NCBI GenBank assembly: GCA_944376125.1
Contig: CALWBQ010000037.1
Coordinates: 30,454 to 94,453 of the forward strand
Length of the DNA stretch: 64,000 bases
Direction: 5' to 3'
DNA from: an uncultured Lachnospiraceae bacterium
GTDB taxonomy: Bacteria; Bacillota; Clostridia; Lachnospirales; Lachnospiraceae
In this document: positions 25,210 through 35,972 of the stretch, piece by piece
Layout: the number at the start of each line of letters is the position of its first letter
Numbering within the stretch: position 1 is the first letter of the stretch
Notes under the pieces: generated by a model
Seen by the model: the letters and a program-made list of their open reading frames with translations, nothing else
What the model was told of the DNA's origin: nothing
The model's database searches: none
Position numbers and translations under genes: made by a program

Positions 25210-27687
25210 ATGATTGAAAAAATGAAAGTTCGGGGGGCTAGAGTCCACAATCTGAAAAATGTTAATGTGGATATCCCCCTCAATAAGATCGTCGGAATCG
25301 CCGGTGTCTCTGGCTCCGGCAAATCATCTCTGGCGCTGGGTGTTCTCTACGCTGAGGGTTCCAGGCGTTATCTGGAAGCGCTCTCCACCTACACCCGGCG
25401 CCGAATGACCCAGGCCCCGAAAGCCCAGGTGGACGAAGTGCTGTACGTCCCTGCAGCGCTTGCTCTCCGCCAGCGCCCTGGCGTGCCCGGGATCCGGAGT
25501 ACCTTTGGGACAGGCACAGAACTTCTCAACAGTCTCCGGCTGATGTTCTCCAGGCTTGCCAGCCACCGCTGTCCCAATGGCCATTACCTCCCTCCTACTC
25601 TTGCCATCGCAGCCGGCCAGGAATTGGTCTGCCCCCAGTGCGGTTCCAGATTTTTTGCGCCGTCTGCCGAGGAACTTGCTTTCAATAGCCAGGGCGCCTG
25701 CCGCACTTGCGGAGGTACCGGAACGGTTCGGACTGTAGATCCGTCAACACTGGTGCCAGATGAATCCCTCTCCATCGATCAAGGCGCTGTCGCTCCCTGG
25801 AATTCTCTGATGTGGTCCCTGATGACAGATGTCTGCCGGGAAATGGGTGTCCGTACCGATGTGCCTTTCCGTGAATTGACGGAAAGGGAGCGGGATATTG
25901 TATTTAACGGACCTGCTGAAAAAAAACACATTCTGTATAAGTCAAAAAACTCCAACCAGGCAGGGGAAATGGACTTTACATATTATAATGCCACCTACAC
26001 AGTGGAAAATGCCCTGGCCAAGGTGAAAGATGAGAAGGGAATGAAACGTGTAGAGAAATTTTTGAAGGAAGAGACCTGCCCTGAATGTAAAGGCACCCGC
26101 CTGTCGGAGGCGGCCCGCGCTCCCAGGCTCCGCGGCATTTCTCTGGATGAAGCCTGCAAAATGACCCTCTCTAGTCTTGTCAGGTGGGTTGACGGCGTTC
26201 CCAGCTCCCTTCCTAAAGAAATGCACCCTATGGCGGAAAGCATATGTGAATCATTCCAGGCTGTCGCCAAACGGCTGATGGATCTGGGGCTAAGCTACCT
26301 GACCCTGGACCGTTCCTCCTCCACACTCTCTACCGGGGAGCGGCAGCGGATGCAGCTGGCCCGGGCTGTCAGAAACCGCACTACCGGTGTCCTGTACGTG
26401 CTGGACGAGCCCTCAATCGGCCTTCATCCCTCCAACATAACTGGGCTGATCGGCGTTATGGATGATTTGATCAGCGACGGGAATTCTGTCGTCCTCGTAG
26501 ATCACGATACCCAGATTCTCTCCAAGGCTGATTGGCTCATTGAGATGGGCCCAGGGGCTGGAACCGGAGGCGGCCATGTCATTGCCCAGGGCACTGTCTC
26601 TGATCTTATCCGAAACAGCCAGTCTCTGATCGGCCCATTTCTCTCAGGAGATCACTCTCTTTGCAGCCGGCATCGCCAGAATGCAGAAAATCTTTTTCAG
26701 AATGGCAAAATCCATCTGTCCACCAGCGGGATCCACACCGTAAAGCCATTGGAGGCCGATATTCCAAAGGGAAAACTAACCGCTGTAACTGGCGTATCCG
26801 GCTCAGGAAAGACAACCTTGATCCTGGAAAGTCTGGTTCCGGGGCTGCAGGCAGCCATCGATGGCCGAAGTCTGCCGGAACATGTAAAATCGGTAACTGC
26901 AGAAGGTATCGGGCGGGTCAAGCTGATTGATGCCACACCCATTGGCATCAATGTTCGCTCTACGGTTGCAACCTACGCCAATGTTCACGATGAACTCCGC
27001 AAAATTTATTCCCGGACGGAAGATGCAAAAAATCAGGGATGGAAAGCTGGGGATTTCTCTTACAATACAGGCAGGCTCCGGTGCCCGACATGCGACGGCA
27101 CCGGAAGCATCAGCCTCGATGTCCAGTTTCTCCCAGACGTCGATATCCCCTGCCCAGACTGCCGGGGGACCCGCTACAGCCGGGAAGCCGGAAAAATCCG
27201 CTATCAGAGCAAAAGCGGAAATTCCTATTCCCTTCCTGATCTAATGGCTATGGACATCCACACAGCCCTGGAAGCCTGCAGTGAAATGAAGCTAGTGCAC
27301 CAGCGGCTGCAGGTGCTGGAGGATCTGGGGTTGGGCTACCTGACATTGGGTGAAGAAACGCCCAGTCTGTCCGGCGGGGAGGCCCAGCGGTTAAAACTAG
27401 CCAGCGAAATGGGAAGAAGTCAATCCGACTCTGTCTTTGTATTCGATGAACCCACCATCGGTCTCCATCCGCTGGACGTTCAGACTCTCCTCAGCGTTTT
27501 CCGGACATTAATCAAAAACGGCGCCACGGTCATCGTCATTGAACATGATCTGGACGTAATCCGCAGCGCCGACTATGTGATTGATATGGGCCCCGGCGGA
27601 GGCGACGAAGGGGGAACCATCGTCGCCGTAGGGTCGCCGGAAGACATTAAGAACAATTCCGCAAGCTGTACCGGAAAGTACCTGTGA
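25210..27687 (+). CDS. UvrA-family ABC ATPase paralogue (short, class II-like)
   Basis: There are two ABC modules ([10 protein letters not shown] and [10 protein letters not shown] Walker A; LSTGERQR and LSGGEAQR signatures). Zn-finger CxxC pairs are present. At 825 aa it is about 115 aa shorter than canonical UvrA. Confidence 0.85.
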   Translation: MIEKMKVRGARVHNLKNVNVDIPLNKIVGIAGVSGSGKSSLALGVLYAEGSRRYLEALSTYTRRRMTQAPKAQVDEVLYVPAALALRQRPGVPGIRSTFGTGTELLNSLRLMFSRLASHRCPNGHYLPPTLAIAAGQELVCPQCGSRFFAPSAEELAFNSQGACRTCGGTGTVRTVDPSTLVPDESLSIDQGAVAPWNSLMWSLMTDVCREMGVRTDVPFRELTERERDIVFNGPAEKKHILYKSKNSNQAGEMDFTYYNATYTVENALAKVKDEKGMKRVEKFLKEETCPECKGTRLSEAARAPRLRGISLDEACKMTLSSLVRWVDGVPSSLPKEMHPMAESICESFQAVAKRLMDLGLSYLTLDRSSSTLSTGERQRMQLARAVRNRTTGVLYVLDEPSIGLHPSNITGLIGVMDDLISDGNSVVLVDHDTQILSKADWLIEMGPGAGTGGGHVIAQGTVSDLIRNSQSLIGPFLSGDHSLCSRHRQNAENLFQNGKIHLSTSGIHTVKPLEADIPKGKLTAVTGVSGSGKTTLILESLVPGLQAAIDGRSLPEHVKSVTAEGIGRVKLIDATPIGINVRSTVATYANVHDELRKIYSRTEDAKNQGWKAGDFSYNTGRLRCPTCDGTGSISLDVQFLPDVDIPCPDCRGTRYSREAGKIRYQSKSGNSYSLPDLMAMDIHTALEACSEMKLVHQRLQVLEDLGLGYLTLGEETPSLSGGEAQRLKLASEMGRSQSDSVFVFDEPTIGLHPLDVQTLLSVFRTLIKNGATVIVIEHDLDVIRSADYVIDMGPGGGDEGGTIVAVGSPEDIKNNSASCTGKYL

Positions 27688-27749
27688 GCATTAGCGTGCT
27701 TCCTATAAATATTAGAAAGGAGCTGCGGCAGCTTATGCAGACACCTTCG

Positions 27750-27884
27750 TTACCGGCAGGCTCCGGAATCTTTATAAGGGCAATAGCTGCACTTTGATTT
27801 GCACCTTTTCCTTTTTAAATAGATATGCCGGACCGCCCATGCAGAATAAGCGGTCAGCGCAATCACCAACAAAACGGCAACCAT
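27750..27884 (-). CDS. FeoB-associated Cys-rich small membrane protein
   Basis: 44 aa, MVAVLLVIALTAYSAWAVRHIYLKRKRCKSKCSYCPYKDSGACR: one TM followed by a Cys cluster. RBS GGGAGG is present. It lies directly downstream of feoB. Confidence 0.6.
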   Translation of the reverse strand: MVAVLLVIALTAYSAWAVRHIYLKRKRCKSKCSYCPYKDSGACR

Positions 27885-27901
27885 GTTTTCTTCCTCCCGT
27901 T

Positions 27902-29947
27902 TCAGGCCATCAGCAAGCCAATTTGATAGACAATAAATGTGACCACCCACGCTACCGCCAGCTGGAAGACGGCCGTAAAGCACATCCAGGCCCCGCTGCC
28001 CGACTCTTTGCGTATGGTGGCCAGAGAAGCGGCGCAGGGAATATAAAGCAGGCAAAACACCATTAGGCAGAAGGCGTTGAGAGGTCCAAACCCGATGCCC
28101 TCCAAAGCCGCGGCAAACGCAGTCATCCCCTCCGGGGAGCTGGCGTTGACGATGCCAAACAGCACGGCACAGCTAGACACCACCACTTCCTTGGCGGAGA
28201 TACCGGCGATCAGCGCCACAGCAATCTGCCAAAAGCCCAGGCCAATGGGGACAAAAAACGGGGTGAGCCATTTGCCGATCACTGCGCCAAAACTTCCCGC
28301 CATATCAGGGGCATACCCTTGAGGACCGAAATTCAGCAAAGCCCAAATAATCAATGTAGCCAAGAAAATCGTAGTGCCGGCTTTTCCAAGGTAGTCCTTT
28401 ACCTTTTCCCACACGTAGATAGCCACCGTGCGGGCATCCGGCAGCTTGTACTCCGGCAGTTCAATCAGCAAATAGTTGACGCTGGTCTTCCGGTCCAGCA
28501 GATGGATAATAGCTGAGATGACAATGGCTACCACAATACCGATAAGGTACATGGAATATGCTACTGCCATAGCGTTGTCAGGGAAAAACATCTCCGAGAA
28601 CAGGATGTAAATGGTTAACCGGGCATTGCAGCTCATAAACGGTGTGACCAGCATGACCTTAAAGCGGTCCCTCTTGTTTTCCAGCGCACGGGAGGCCATG
28701 ATGGCGGGCACGGTACATCCAAATCCCAGCAGCATAGGTATGAAGGCTTTGCCGGAGAGACCAATCTTGCTCATAATCCCTTCCATCACATAGGCCACAC
28801 GGGCCATGTATCCGCTGTCTTCAAGCAGCGCCAGGCAGAGAAACAAGATCAGGATATTTGGCAGGAAAGTGACGATGGTACCGACACCTCCGATAATGCC
28901 GTCCACCACCAGAGAGGTGAGAATATCCCCGGCCTGCGCCGCCGCCAGCCCTGATGCCGCGGCATCGGAAAGACAGCCGATCGCCAGATCCAGATATCCT
29001 TTCAGCCAATCCCCCACAGTAAATGTGAGGAAAAAGGTGACTGCCATGATTACCAGGAAAACAGGAATCCCCCATACTTTTCCGGTCAGGAGTTTATCTG
29101 CCTTTTCAGTAAGGAGGTCCCGGCGTTCCTTGTGAAGCAGTACCTCACGGATTATTTCCCCGATGAAGTCGTATTTCTGGTTAATAATATCCGACTCATA
29201 GCTGCGGTCCAGTACCTTAGGAAGATCTACCGGGTACTTCTCTGTTATTTCTTTATCCCCCTCCAACAGCTTTAAAGCATGCCAGCGATAGTTTTTCAAG
29301 TCAGGATATCGCCTTTTCAGTTCGGGGATAATCTGATCAATCTTATCCTCAATATCGTCCGAATAGACCATGGCGTATTCCGAATGATGGTCGTGAGAAT
29401 GCCGGGAAGAAGTTTTGTGTTCGTGAATCAGGCGGTCCGGGGCGGTGCTGTCCTTGTGATGAGCGGCTGCATGGAGCAAGACATCAAGTCCCCGCCGCTT
29501 CCGCGCGGAGACGGGTATCACCGGAATGCCAAGCATTTCAGGCAGGCGGTGCATATCGATCTCCATGCCGCGTTTCTCTACAATATCCATCATATTCAGC
29601 GCCATCACGACGGGTTTGCCCAGCTCCAGCAGCTGCAGGGTCAAATAAAGGCTGCGTTCCAAAGCGGAGGCATCTACTACGTTGATGATGACATCCACTT
29701 CGCCGCTTAAAATAAATTGGCGGGATACCATCTCCTCCATGGTATAGGAAGTCAGACTGTATGTACCTGGCAGATCTACCAGATGAATATTGAGTCCGTG
29801 ATCTTTCACGGCCCCTTCTACTTTTTCTACTGTAACCCCGGGCCAGTTTGCCACTTTTAGATTCGCTCCGGTATAAGCGTTGAACAGTGTCGTCTTTCCG
29901 CAGTTGGGGTTTCCGATAAATCCTATCGTCATTTCACACTCGCTCAT
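27902..29947 (-). CDS. feoB: ferrous iron transporter FeoB
   Basis: The N-terminal G domain reads GNPNCGKTTLFN...DLPGTYSL, followed by a polytopic membrane domain. The ATGA start overlaps the feoA stop. Confidence 0.9.
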   Translation of the reverse strand: MSECEMTIGFIGNPNCGKTTLFNAYTGANLKVANWPGVTVEKVEGAVKDHGLNIHLVDLPGTYSLTSYTMEEMVSRQFILSGEVDVIINVVDASALERSLYLTLQLLELGKPVVMALNMMDIVEKRGMEIDMHRLPEMLGIPVIPVSARKRRGLDVLLHAAAHHKDSTAPDRLIHEHKTSSRHSHDHHSEYAMVYSDDIEDKIDQIIPELKRRYPDLKNYRWHALKLLEGDKEITEKYPVDLPKVLDRSYESDIINQKYDFIGEIIREVLLHKERRDLLTEKADKLLTGKVWGIPVFLVIMAVTFFLTFTVGDWLKGYLDLAIGCLSDAAASGLAAAQAGDILTSLVVDGIIGGVGTIVTFLPNILILFLCLALLEDSGYMARVAYVMEGIMSKIGLSGKAFIPMLLGFGCTVPAIMASRALENKRDRFKVMLVTPFMSCNARLTIYILFSEMFFPDNAMAVAYSMYLIGIVVAIVISAIIHLLDRKTSVNYLLIELPEYKLPDARTVAIYVWEKVKDYLGKAGTTIFLATLIIWALLNFGPQGYAPDMAGSFGAVIGKWLTPFFVPIGLGFWQIAVALIAGISAKEVVVSSCAVLFGIVNASSPEGMTAFAAALEGIGFGPLNAFCLMVFCLLYIPCAASLATIRKESGSGAWMCFTAVFQLAVAWVVTFIVYQIGLLMA

Positions 29948-30174
29948 TCCGCCCCACCTTCTTTCACTTCAATATTCCTCGTAATATTGTAACCCAAAGC
30001 AAAACGGGTTCCCCGGAGTTTAATGATCAAAATTCCCTTGCCCTTGCGATTCAGGATGGAAACCGGGGTTTCCCGGGTCATCCCCAGTGCCTCAAGGCGG
30101 CGCTCCACCTGAAAAGGAAGGTGAATATTTTCCACCACATAGGTATGTCCTATTTGGGCGTCCTTTAACAGCAT
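29944..30174 (-). CDS. feoA: FeoA family protein
   Basis: 76 aa, MLLKDAQIGHTYVVENIHLPFQVERRLEALGMTRETPVSILNRKGKGILIIKLRGTRFALG. RBS GGAGG lies 8 nt upstream. The longer track ORF (to 30360) adds an implausible N-terminus. Confidence 0.8.
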   Translation of the reverse strand: MLLKDAQIGHTYVVENIHLPFQVERRLEALGMTRETPVSILNRKGKGILIIKLRGTRFALGYNITRNIEVKEGGAE

Positions 30175-30335
30175 TTCCTGTACCTCCAAAGATGTATTGA
30201 AGAAAAGAGCCATGCACCTGCTGAAATGTCCGGCGGATACATGGCTCTTTGTTATCCCCCGGGTCACATATGTCCCAATTGCAGCACATAGATCTTTGGC
30301 TCGTCTGTGCTGACCACCGTATGTACGGCGCAAAT

Positions 30336-30366
30336 CAGAAAAAACCTGCCAAATGGCCATCTGGCA
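30336..30366 (-). terminator. intrinsic terminator after the DUF308 gene
   Basis: The minus strand reads TGCCAGATGGCCATTTGGCA, a hairpin, followed by GGTTTTTTCTGATTT. Confidence 0.5.
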
Positions 30367-30398
30367 TCATACATAGCAGACAGAACGGCACGAGCGTT

Positions 30399-30977
30399 TT
30401 ATCTCCACAGCCGATGGGAGATGCAGGCGCGCACGATTGCCGCGACGCCTTCGCAAATCAGTAAAATTCCCGCAAGAATACTCAATGCAAACAGATTGGC
30501 AATCGGATCGAAGAGTGAAAAGAAACCCACGGCAGCCAGAACAATGCCCAGAGCCGTCAACCAGCCCCACCCTTTTACGCCAAAAGCCTGCAGCTCAAAA
30601 GAATTGACAAAGTGGTTGATACCGGAAAACATCAGCCACATTCCAAAGATAAATGGCAGGGACAACATCGTAAAAGCCTGATTGAACAGCAAAAACAGGG
30701 CGAGCAGCACTGTCAGGATACCATCCGCCAGAAACCAGCCTGCGCCGAACATCTTTCCATTCCACTTTGCAAAAATTACAATATCAATGATACCGGAAAT
30801 CAGCATGGCAATCCCGATATACAGGGAAAGCGACAGCAATCCGGCATCCGGATTGAACAAGCAGTAAATACCAGCAATGATTAAGAGAACACCGGCAATA
30901 ATCCATAAAATACGAGAAACCGTTCGATTCATAAATTCATCCACTCCTTTTAAAATGATTTCAAGTTCCTTTGTCAT
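30399..30977 (-). CDS. HdeD/DUF308 family membrane protein
   Basis: Six TM helices carry repeated LLxGIxxIxxG patterns (ILWIIAGVLLIIAGIYCLFNP...). Confidence 0.7.
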   Translation of the reverse strand: MTKELEIILKGVDEFMNRTVSRILWIIAGVLLIIAGIYCLFNPDAGLLSLSLYIGIAMLISGIIDIVIFAKWNGKMFGAGWFLADGILTVLLALFLLFNQAFTMLSLPFIFGMWLMFSGINHFVNSFELQAFGVKGWGWLTALGIVLAAVGFFSLFDPIANLFALSILAGILLICEGVAAIVRACISHRLWR

Positions 30978-31738
30978 TACAGAAAAAGCTCATTGCTCTT
31001 CTTCTCAGAACATGCCTTTTTGATTGCCATTGCCGCTGCAGAAACCAGGACGCTGTTCACCTTACGGGCCGACTGCGGGCAGATTGCAATGCAGCGCATA
31101 CAGGAAATACATTTTTTGCTGTCTGTTTCCCTGGGATTTTCCCGGCTGATTGCCTGCGCCGGGCACTTTTCAGCGCAAAGGCCGCATGCATTGCATTTGT
31201 GGTTCGCCTTTGGAACCAAGCCTGCGCCGCCGGCTTTTTTGTAGGGGCGATTCCCCGGGATTTGGGGAGCAGACATATCTCCGCCGCTTATTTTCGCAAG
31301 GATTTTTTCGGCAAAGCCCTGCAGCTCGCTTCTATCCTCATCATCCGGCCGTCCCGCTGCATATTGATGCATGATGGAGTGCTCCGCAATAGCCGCAATC
31401 CCGGCGATCACCTGAAATCCGCTCTTCACTGCAGCATCATTCAATTCAATCAAGGTATCCTCATATGCTCGGTTGCCATACACACAAACAGCAACGCACA
31501 TAGCCCCATTGCCATGAATCTTTTCAAGCCTTTCGGCAGCCAGGGCAGGCACACGTCCCCCAAAAGAAGGTACTGCAATGACAGCAACATCCTCTTTCTC
31601 TAAGCTGACTGCAGCAAAATCTATTTTGGGGTCGGATAAATCAATGTTCTCGGCAGGCTTGTCCCATTTCGATGCAAGGATATCTGCAACTTTCTGCGTC
31701 CCACCGGTTGGGCTGAAAACAATCTGAAAAACACGCAT
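30977..31738 (-). CDS. flavodoxin-like domain fused to a 2x[4Fe-4S] ferredoxin domain (EFR1-type)
   Basis: Starts MRVFQIVFSPTGGTQKVA. C-terminal clusters are CNACGLCAEKCP and CISCMRCIAICP. I chose the start at 31738 because of RBS CAGGAGG. Confidence 0.7.
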   Translation of the reverse strand: MRVFQIVFSPTGGTQKVADILASKWDKPAENIDLSDPKIDFAAVSLEKEDVAVIAVPSFGGRVPALAAERLEKIHGNGAMCVAVCVYGNRAYEDTLIELNDAAVKSGFQVIAGIAAIAEHSIMHQYAAGRPDDEDRSELQGFAEKILAKISGGDMSAPQIPGNRPYKKAGGAGLVPKANHKCNACGLCAEKCPAQAISRENPRETDSKKCISCMRCIAICPQSARKVNSVLVSAAAMAIKKACSEKKSNELFL

Positions 31739-31764
31739 AGCGATTCCTCCTGTAATATTTAATT

Positions 31765-31807
31765 TTACACCTTCGCCTATTATAATCTGCATAAGGTGTA
31801 ATGTCAA
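31765..31807 (-). promoter_or_regulatory. consensus promoter of the flavodoxin-ferredoxin/DUF308 operon bracketed by a 9-bp inverted repeat (candidate Rrf2 operator)
   Basis: The minus strand reads TTGACA (31807-31802), a 17-nt spacer, then TATAAT (31784-31779). The inverted-repeat arms are TTACACCTT (31765-31773) and AAGGTGTAA (31793-31801). Confidence 0.55.
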
Positions 31808-31870
31808 TATTTACAGGTCAGAAATTTTGTATTATAATAAAGAGGAAATATATAAAGAAAGTGAGACACT

Positions 31871-32323
31871 ATGCATATCAGTACAAAATGTTCCGTCGCG
31901 CTCCATTGCCTTCTTTTTATTTATGAGTATGGAGAAAAAGCAAAAGTCACCAGTGAACTTTTATCCCGCTCCACAGGTATGAACGCCGTTACCATCCGTA
32001 ATATCATGAGCGCCTTAAAGCGAGATGGAATCATATCCGTGAAATATGGGACAGGCGGCGCAACAATGAACTGCCCACCTGACGATATTAACCTATACCG
32101 CGTATGCAAAGCTCTGGAACCGGATTTCCTTTCCAAATTGATAGGTGTCCATTCGGATCCGTCTTCTTTATGTCCTATTGGGATAAATATTCATTGGGTT
32201 CTTGACCGCTCTTACGAAAAAATAAGGGATGATTTGAAAAGCAGTTTGGAAGAAATCACTTTGGAGAAGATTATTTCCGATTATCATACCTGCATTCGGG
32301 AAGACTCAAATTCAGTTCCATAA
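31871..32323 (+). CDS. Rrf2 family transcriptional regulator
   Basis: 150 aa. The N-terminal wHTH reads ISTKCSVALHCLLFIYEYGE...TSELLSRSTGMNAVTIRNIMSALKRDGII. Confidence 0.8.
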   Translation: MHISTKCSVALHCLLFIYEYGEKAKVTSELLSRSTGMNAVTIRNIMSALKRDGIISVKYGTGGATMNCPPDDINLYRVCKALEPDFLSKLIGVHSDPSSLCPIGINIHWVLDRSYEKIRDDLKSSLEEITLEKIISDYHTCIREDSNSVP

Positions 32324-32384
32324 TGCCTTACACCGGAAAAATCAGATTACAATGCACACTTATGCCCGTGATGATATTAATTCA

Positions 32385-32428
32385 AAGGGGGCTGCCGCAC
32401 TCATTAGTGCAGCAGCCCCCTTTATTTT
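32385..32428. terminator. intrinsic terminator between the Rrf2 gene and tuf
   Basis: GGGGGCTGCCGCAC-TCATTA-GTGCAGCAGCCCCC is followed by TTTATTTT on the plus strand. Confidence 0.65.
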
Positions 32429-32457
32429 CCATACGGTTAATAAAAACTGCAGGCTAA

Positions 32458-33651
32458 TTATTCAATGATAGAAACAACTCTACCGGAACCAACGGTTCTG
32501 CCGCCCTCACGGATAGCGAAACGGAGACCCTGCTCCATAGCTACCGGATGGATCAGCTCAACGGTCATCTCTACGTTGTCACCAGGCATGCACATCTCGG
32601 TGCCTTCCGGTAACTCGCAAACGCCAGTAACGTCAGTCGTTCTGAAGTAGAACTGAGGACGATAGTTGTTGAAGAAAGGAGTATGACGGCCACCCTCGTC
32701 CTTGGTCAGAACGTATACCTGAGCGGTAAACTTGTGATGGCACTTTACAGAGCCCGGTTTTACCAGACACTGTCCACGCTCGATCTCGTTTCTCTGAACG
32801 CCACGAAGCAGAGCACCGATGTTGTCACCAGCCTGAGCCTCGTCTAACAGCTTACGGAACATCTCGATACCTGTTACAACTACTTTACGGGTATCTTCGT
32901 GAATACCAACGATCTCTACTTCATCAGACAGATGCAGAGTACCACGCTCTACTCTACCAGTAGCAACAGTACCACGGCCAGTGATGGAGAATACGTCCTC
33001 AACAGGCATCAGGAACGGCTTGTCGTTCTCACGAACCGGATCCGGAATGTAGCTGTCAACAGCATCCATCAGTTCCATGATCTTGTCGCCCCACGGTCCC
33101 ATCGGATCCTCAAGAGCCTTCAGAGCAGAACCCTGGATTACAGGAGTGTCATCGCCCGGGAACTCGTACTCGTTTAACAGATCGCGGATCTCCATCTCTA
33201 CTAACTCAAGCAGCTCGGGATCGTCAACCATGTCACACTTGTTCATAAATACTACGATGTAAGGTACGCCTACCTGACGGGAAAGCAGAATGTGCTCTCT
33301 GGTCTGAGCCATAACACCATCGGTAGCAGCAACAACCAGGATAGCGCCGTCCATCTGAGCAGCACCAGTGATCATGTTCTTTACATAGTCAGCATGGCCT
33401 GGGCAGTCAACGTGTGCGTAGTGTCTCTTTGCAGTCTCATACTCAACGTGTGCGGTAGAGATGGTGATACCACGCTCTCTCTCTTCGGGAGCCTTGTCAA
33501 TGTTCTCAAATGCAACAGCCTCGCCAGTACCCAGTCTCTCATGTAAAGTCTTGGTAATAGCAGCGGTTAAAGTGGTTTTACCATGGTCAACGTGGCCAAT
33601 GGTACCAATGTTACAATGCGGTTTGCTTCTTTCAAACTTAGCTTTTGCCAT
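32458..33651 (-). CDS. tuf: elongation factor Tu
   Basis: Starts [33 protein letters not shown]. Full-length 397-aa EF-Tu. Confidence 0.97.
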   Translation of the reverse strand: MAKAKFERSKPHCNIGTIGHVDHGKTTLTAAITKTLHERLGTGEAVAFENIDKAPEERERGITISTAHVEYETAKRHYAHVDCPGHADYVKNMITGAAQMDGAILVVAATDGVMAQTREHILLSRQVGVPYIVVFMNKCDMVDDPELLELVEMEIRDLLNEYEFPGDDTPVIQGSALKALEDPMGPWGDKIMELMDAVDSYIPDPVRENDKPFLMPVEDVFSITGRGTVATGRVERGTLHLSDEVEIVGIHEDTRKVVVTGIEMFRKLLDEAQAGDNIGALLRGVQRNEIERGQCLVKPGSVKCHHKFTAQVYVLTKDEGGRHTPFFNNYRPQFYFRTTDVTGVCELPEGTEMCMPGDNVEMTVELIHPVAMEQGLRFAIREGGRTVGSGRVVSIIE

Positions 33652-33721
33652 TTTATAACGTCCTCCTTAATTTGCGCCTTTCTTTTAGGCTATTATGGTT
33701 TTATAAACATAGGCTGACCCC

Positions 33722-33750
33722 ATTATATTCTATTTTGGGAAGTTTTTCAA
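33722..33750 (-). promoter_or_regulatory. internal promoter in the fusA-tuf spacer
   Basis: The minus strand reads TTGAAA (33750-33745), a 17-nt spacer, then TATAAT (33727-33722). A 9-bp hairpin (33792-33815) follows the fusA stop without a T-run. Confidence 0.5.
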
Positions 33751-33830
33751 GCCTATTGTACCGATTGCCGGATTCGTTTCGCTGCGGCCCGGGCCGTGCA
33801 AATCAATGCACGGCCGGCCCTGCCGCCAAC

Positions 33831-35951
33831 TTACTTTCCGTTTTTCTCAGCAAGAACTTTCTCCTGAACGCTCTTCGGTACCTGCTCGTACTTCTCAAAG
33901 AACATGGAGTAGTTGCCGCGTCCCTGAGTTCTGGAACGCAGATCGGTAGAGTAACCGAACATTTCAGCCAGCGGAACGTATGCTCTAATGATCTTGCCGC
34001 CGCCTACATCATCCATACCTTCGATACGGCCGCGGCGGGAATTGATATCGCCGATTACGTCGCCCATATACTCTTCCGGCATGGTTACTTCTACTTTCAT
34101 AATCGGTTCAAGAAGAACCGGATTTGCCTTCTTCATAGCTTCCTTAAACGCCATAGAACCGGCGATATGGAATGCCATTTCAGAAGAGTCAACCTCATGG
34201 TAAGAACCGTCATACACATTTGCATGAACGCCCAGTACCGGGAATCCGCCTAAGATACCAGTCTTAGCTGCTTCCTCAATACCTTCTCCGACTGCAGGAA
34301 TATATTCCTTCGGAATAGCGCCGCCGACAACTGTGGACTCGAATTTGAAGGTTTCCTCACCGTTGGGATCCATCGGTTCGAATTTCACCTTACAGTGTCC
34401 GTACTGTCCACGTCCACCGGACTGCTTTGCATACTTGTATTCCTGATCCACCGGCTTGGTGAAGGTCTCCTTGTATGCTACCTGCGGAGCACCTACATTC
34501 GCCTCTACGTTAAACTCACGCAGCAGACGGTCTACAATAATCTCCAGATGCAGCTCGCCCATACCGGAAATGATGGTCTGGCCGGTCTCCTGGTCGGTCT
34601 TTGCACGGAAGGTCGGATCCTCCTCGGCAAGTTTTGCCAGAGCCTCTCCCATCTTCTGCTGGCCGGCTTTGGTCTTCGGCTCGATAGCGATATCGATAAC
34701 CGGCTCCGGGAACTCCATGGACTCCAGGATTACCGGATGCTGCTCATCACAGATGGTATCACCTGTGGTGCTGACCTTAAAGCCGATAGCAGCTGCGATA
34801 TCACCGGAATAAACTTTATCCAGCTCGTGTCTCTTGTTTGCGTGCATCTGAAGAATACGTCCTACACGCTCCTTCTTATCTTTTGTCGCGTTCAGTACAT
34901 AGGAACCGGAGTTCATCGTACCGGAATATACACGGAAATAAGCAAGTTTTCCAACGAACGGATCTGTCATAATCTTGAATACCAGAGCGGAGAACGGCTC
35001 TTCGTCAGAAGAATGTCTCACAATCTCATTGCCTTCCAAGTCAACACCCTTGATAGCAGGGATGTCGGTGGGAGCCGGCATGTACTCAATGATTGCATCC
35101 AGCAGCTTCTGTACGCCTTTGTTTCTATAAGCAGAACCGCAGCACACCGGAATCGCAGCACATTCGCAGGTTGCCTTTCTTAATACTTTCTTTAAATCCT
35201 CAACAGAAGGCTCTTCACCCTCCAGATACTGCATCATCAGATCGTCATCCAGCTCGCAGATCTTCTCGATCAGCTCGCTGTGATACAGCTCTGCCTCGTC
35301 CTGCATGTCCTCGGGGATATCTGTAACACTGATATCGTCACCCTTGTCATCATTGTAAATGTAAGCCTTCATCTCGAACAGGTCGATGATTCCCTTGAAC
35401 TCATCTTCCTTGCCGATCGGAAGCTGCAGGCAGATTGCATTCTTGCCTAATCTGGTGCGGATCTGGTCTACTGCATTGTAGAAGTCTGCGCCCAGGATAT
35501 CCATCTTGTTGATGAATGCCATTCTGGGAACATTGTAGGTGTCAGCCTGACGCCATACGTTCTCAGACTGAGGCTCAACGCCTCCCTTTGCACAGAAAAC
35601 GCCGACAGCGCCGTCCAAAACACGCAGGGAACGCTCTACCTCTACAGTGAAGTCAACGTGGCCTGGGGTATCAATGATGTTGATACGGTGCTCCAGAGCG
35701 CCAGGTTTGGGCTTGGTAAATTCTTCCAGAGTCCAGTGACAGGTCGTAGCTGCGGAAGTGATGGTAATACCTCTTTCCTGCTCCTGCTCCATCCAGTCCA
35801 TGGTGGCGTTGCCTTCGTGAGTGTTACCAATTTTATAGTTTACACCAGTATAATACAGGATACGCTCAGTCAATGTGGTCTTACCTGCATCGATATGGGC
35901 CATAATACCGATATTCCTGGTTCTCTCTAATGGATATTCTCTTCCAGCCAA
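33831..35951 (-). CDS. fusA: elongation factor G
   Basis: Starts [36 protein letters not shown]. 706 aa with all five EF-G domains recognisable. Confidence 0.97.
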   Translation of the reverse strand: MAGREYPLERTRNIGIMAHIDAGKTTLTERILYYTGVNYKIGNTHEGNATMDWMEQEQERGITITSAATTCHWTLEEFTKPKPGALEHRINIIDTPGHVDFTVEVERSLRVLDGAVGVFCAKGGVEPQSENVWRQADTYNVPRMAFINKMDILGADFYNAVDQIRTRLGKNAICLQLPIGKEDEFKGIIDLFEMKAYIYNDDKGDDISVTDIPEDMQDEAELYHSELIEKICELDDDLMMQYLEGEEPSVEDLKKVLRKATCECAAIPVCCGSAYRNKGVQKLLDAIIEYMPAPTDIPAIKGVDLEGNEIVRHSSDEEPFSALVFKIMTDPFVGKLAYFRVYSGTMNSGSYVLNATKDKKERVGRILQMHANKRHELDKVYSGDIAAAIGFKVSTTGDTICDEQHPVILESMEFPEPVIDIAIEPKTKAGQQKMGEALAKLAEEDPTFRAKTDQETGQTIISGMGELHLEIIVDRLLREFNVEANVGAPQVAYKETFTKPVDQEYKYAKQSGGRGQYGHCKVKFEPMDPNGEETFKFESTVVGGAIPKEYIPAVGEGIEEAAKTGILGGFPVLGVHANVYDGSYHEVDSSEMAFHIAGSMAFKEAMKKANPVLLEPIMKVEVTMPEEYMGDVIGDINSRRGRIEGMDDVGGGKIIRAYVPLAEMFGYSTDLRSRTQGRGNYSMFFEKYEQVPKSVQEKVLAEKNGK

Positions 35952-35972
35952 GGTCTTTTCCTCCTGTGATGA

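Noticed and set aside
30175-30398. Fur box upstream of feoA (also checked at 57747-57821 and 62147-62259).
   Set aside because: I could not find a sequence resembling the TGATAATnATTATCA-type palindrome. Iron regulation may use another regulator or more distant sites.
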